Made by a program: the position numbers and the translations under genes. The notes beneath the pieces are model-generated. The model had not been told where the DNA came from, did not search any database, and saw nothing but the letters and a program-made list of their open reading frames with translations. A stretch of DNA of 59,483 nucleotides. Source: an uncultured Pseudomonadales bacterium (GTDB taxonomy: Bacteria; Pseudomonadota; Gammaproteobacteria; Pseudomonadales; IMCC2047). The stretch's first letter is position 1; each line of letters begins with the position of its first letter. Where the stretch lies: assembly GCA_947258415.1 (NCBI GenBank), contig CAMYIF010000001.1, forward strand, positions 1 through 59,483, written 5' to 3'. Shown piece after piece: positions 58,745 through 59,483 of the stretch.

Positions 58745-59483
58745 CTATATTGTCGCCAGCGCCTCGGATAACTTGTCGATGCCGACAATTACCATACCCT
58801 GGATTCCACCCTTGGGCACATTGGCCTTCGGTACAATGGCACGCTTGAAACCGTGCTTGGCCGCCTCCTGGAGTCGCTCCTGGCCGTTAGGGACCGGCCT
58901 GATCTCGCCGGAAAGCCCCACTTCGCCGAAGGCTATCAAATCGCGGGGCAATGGCCGATCACGGAAACTGGATACCACCGACAGCAACAGCGCCAGGTCG
59001 GCACTGGTTTCCAGGACTTTCACGCCACCCACCACGTTGACAAACACATCCTGGTCACCGCAGTGCAGCCCCCCGTGCCGGTGCAACACTGCCAGTAGCA
59101 TGGCCAATCGGTTCTGGTCGAGTCCGACGGTAACCCGGCGTGGATGCCCGAGCTGGCTTTCATCCACCAGCGCCTGGATTTCTACCAGCAGCGGTCTTGT
59201 GCCTTCCCAGACCACCATCACCAGGCTGCCCGCAGCCAATTCCTTGCCACGCGACAAAAAGATAGCGCTGGGATTCTTGACTTCTTTCAGCCCGGTTTCC
59301 ATCATCGCAAAGACACCCAGTTCGTTGACGGCACCAAACCTGTTTTTTATCCCGCGCAAGGTCCTGAAACGGCTGTCGCCCGTCGATTCTAACATTATCT
59401 AACAATCGATCATTTGCTCAAGGACCTTGGGTCCGGCCAGGCTGCCGTCCTTGGTCACGTGCCCGACCAGAAAAACGACCGTA
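58745..59483 (-). pseudogene. radA: DNA repair protein RadA/Sms, 3-prime portion, interrupted by an in-frame TAG (5-prime end outside the window)
   Basis: The minus strand reads [62 protein letters not shown], followed by a Lon-protease-like C-terminal domain. The stop codon is plus-strand CTA at 59399-59401. There is no frameshift. Confidence 0.85.

Noticed and set aside
105-59401. Two in-frame TAG codons, one in the RelE-like remnant at 105-107 and one in radA at 59399-59401. I considered whether they hint at amber reassignment or suppression, for example pyrrolysine-like decoding.
   Set aside because: TAG clearly terminates well-conserved genes at their expected C-termini elsewhere in the window. 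Examples are ilvD (3626-3628), the peroxiredoxin (5122-5124), DUF3047, epmB (25934-25936) and the 620-aa ORF (27971-27973). Global reassignment is therefore not supported. The two cases are better treated as independent nonsense events.

Overview
This 59.5-kb window is densely packed chromosome, about 60 CDS at roughly 50% GC by eye, and looks gammaproteobacterial. Almost all of it is housekeeping. From memory, the gene order joins blocks that are syntenic in Pseudomonas- and Vibrio-type genomes:
- ilvD, folA, minCDE, lgt-thyA and rppH-ptsP
- rhdA-psd and the epmA-efp/epmB module
- a large hypothetical gene followed by a fimX-like gene
- mscS, then serB-parC and parE-yqiA, then a carbonic anhydrase, yqiB and nudF, with tolC divergent
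- waaA-msbA, then pomA-pomB-PilZ
- xseB-ispA-dxs
- ribA, a retropepsin-like protease, and pgpA-thiL-nusB-ribH-ribE-ribD-nrdR
- ettA and radA

I recognised no rRNA, tRNA, CRISPR array, transposase, integrase or phage gene by eye. The only clearly accessory element is a tandem type II toxin-antitoxin array at the left edge, and one of its toxins is decayed.

I do not see a convincing defence island or a wholly new multi-gene system. The best candidates for undescribed biology are:
1. A PilZ-domain protein with a ~95-aa insertion, encoded as the third gene of the pomAB flagellar stator operon.
2. A NudF ADP-ribose pyrophosphatase fused to an ArsC/LMW-PTP-like domain whose catalytic CX5R loop is mutated.
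3. A 620-aa conserved hypothetical protein with a degenerate PilZ-like C-terminus, directly upstream of a FimX-like protein in which the REC, GGDEF and EAL domains are all degenerate.
4. A PilZ gene paired with a DUF2238 membrane-protein gene.
5. An in-frame amber codon splitting radA.

All functional calls come from reading the translated ORFs. No database search was run.
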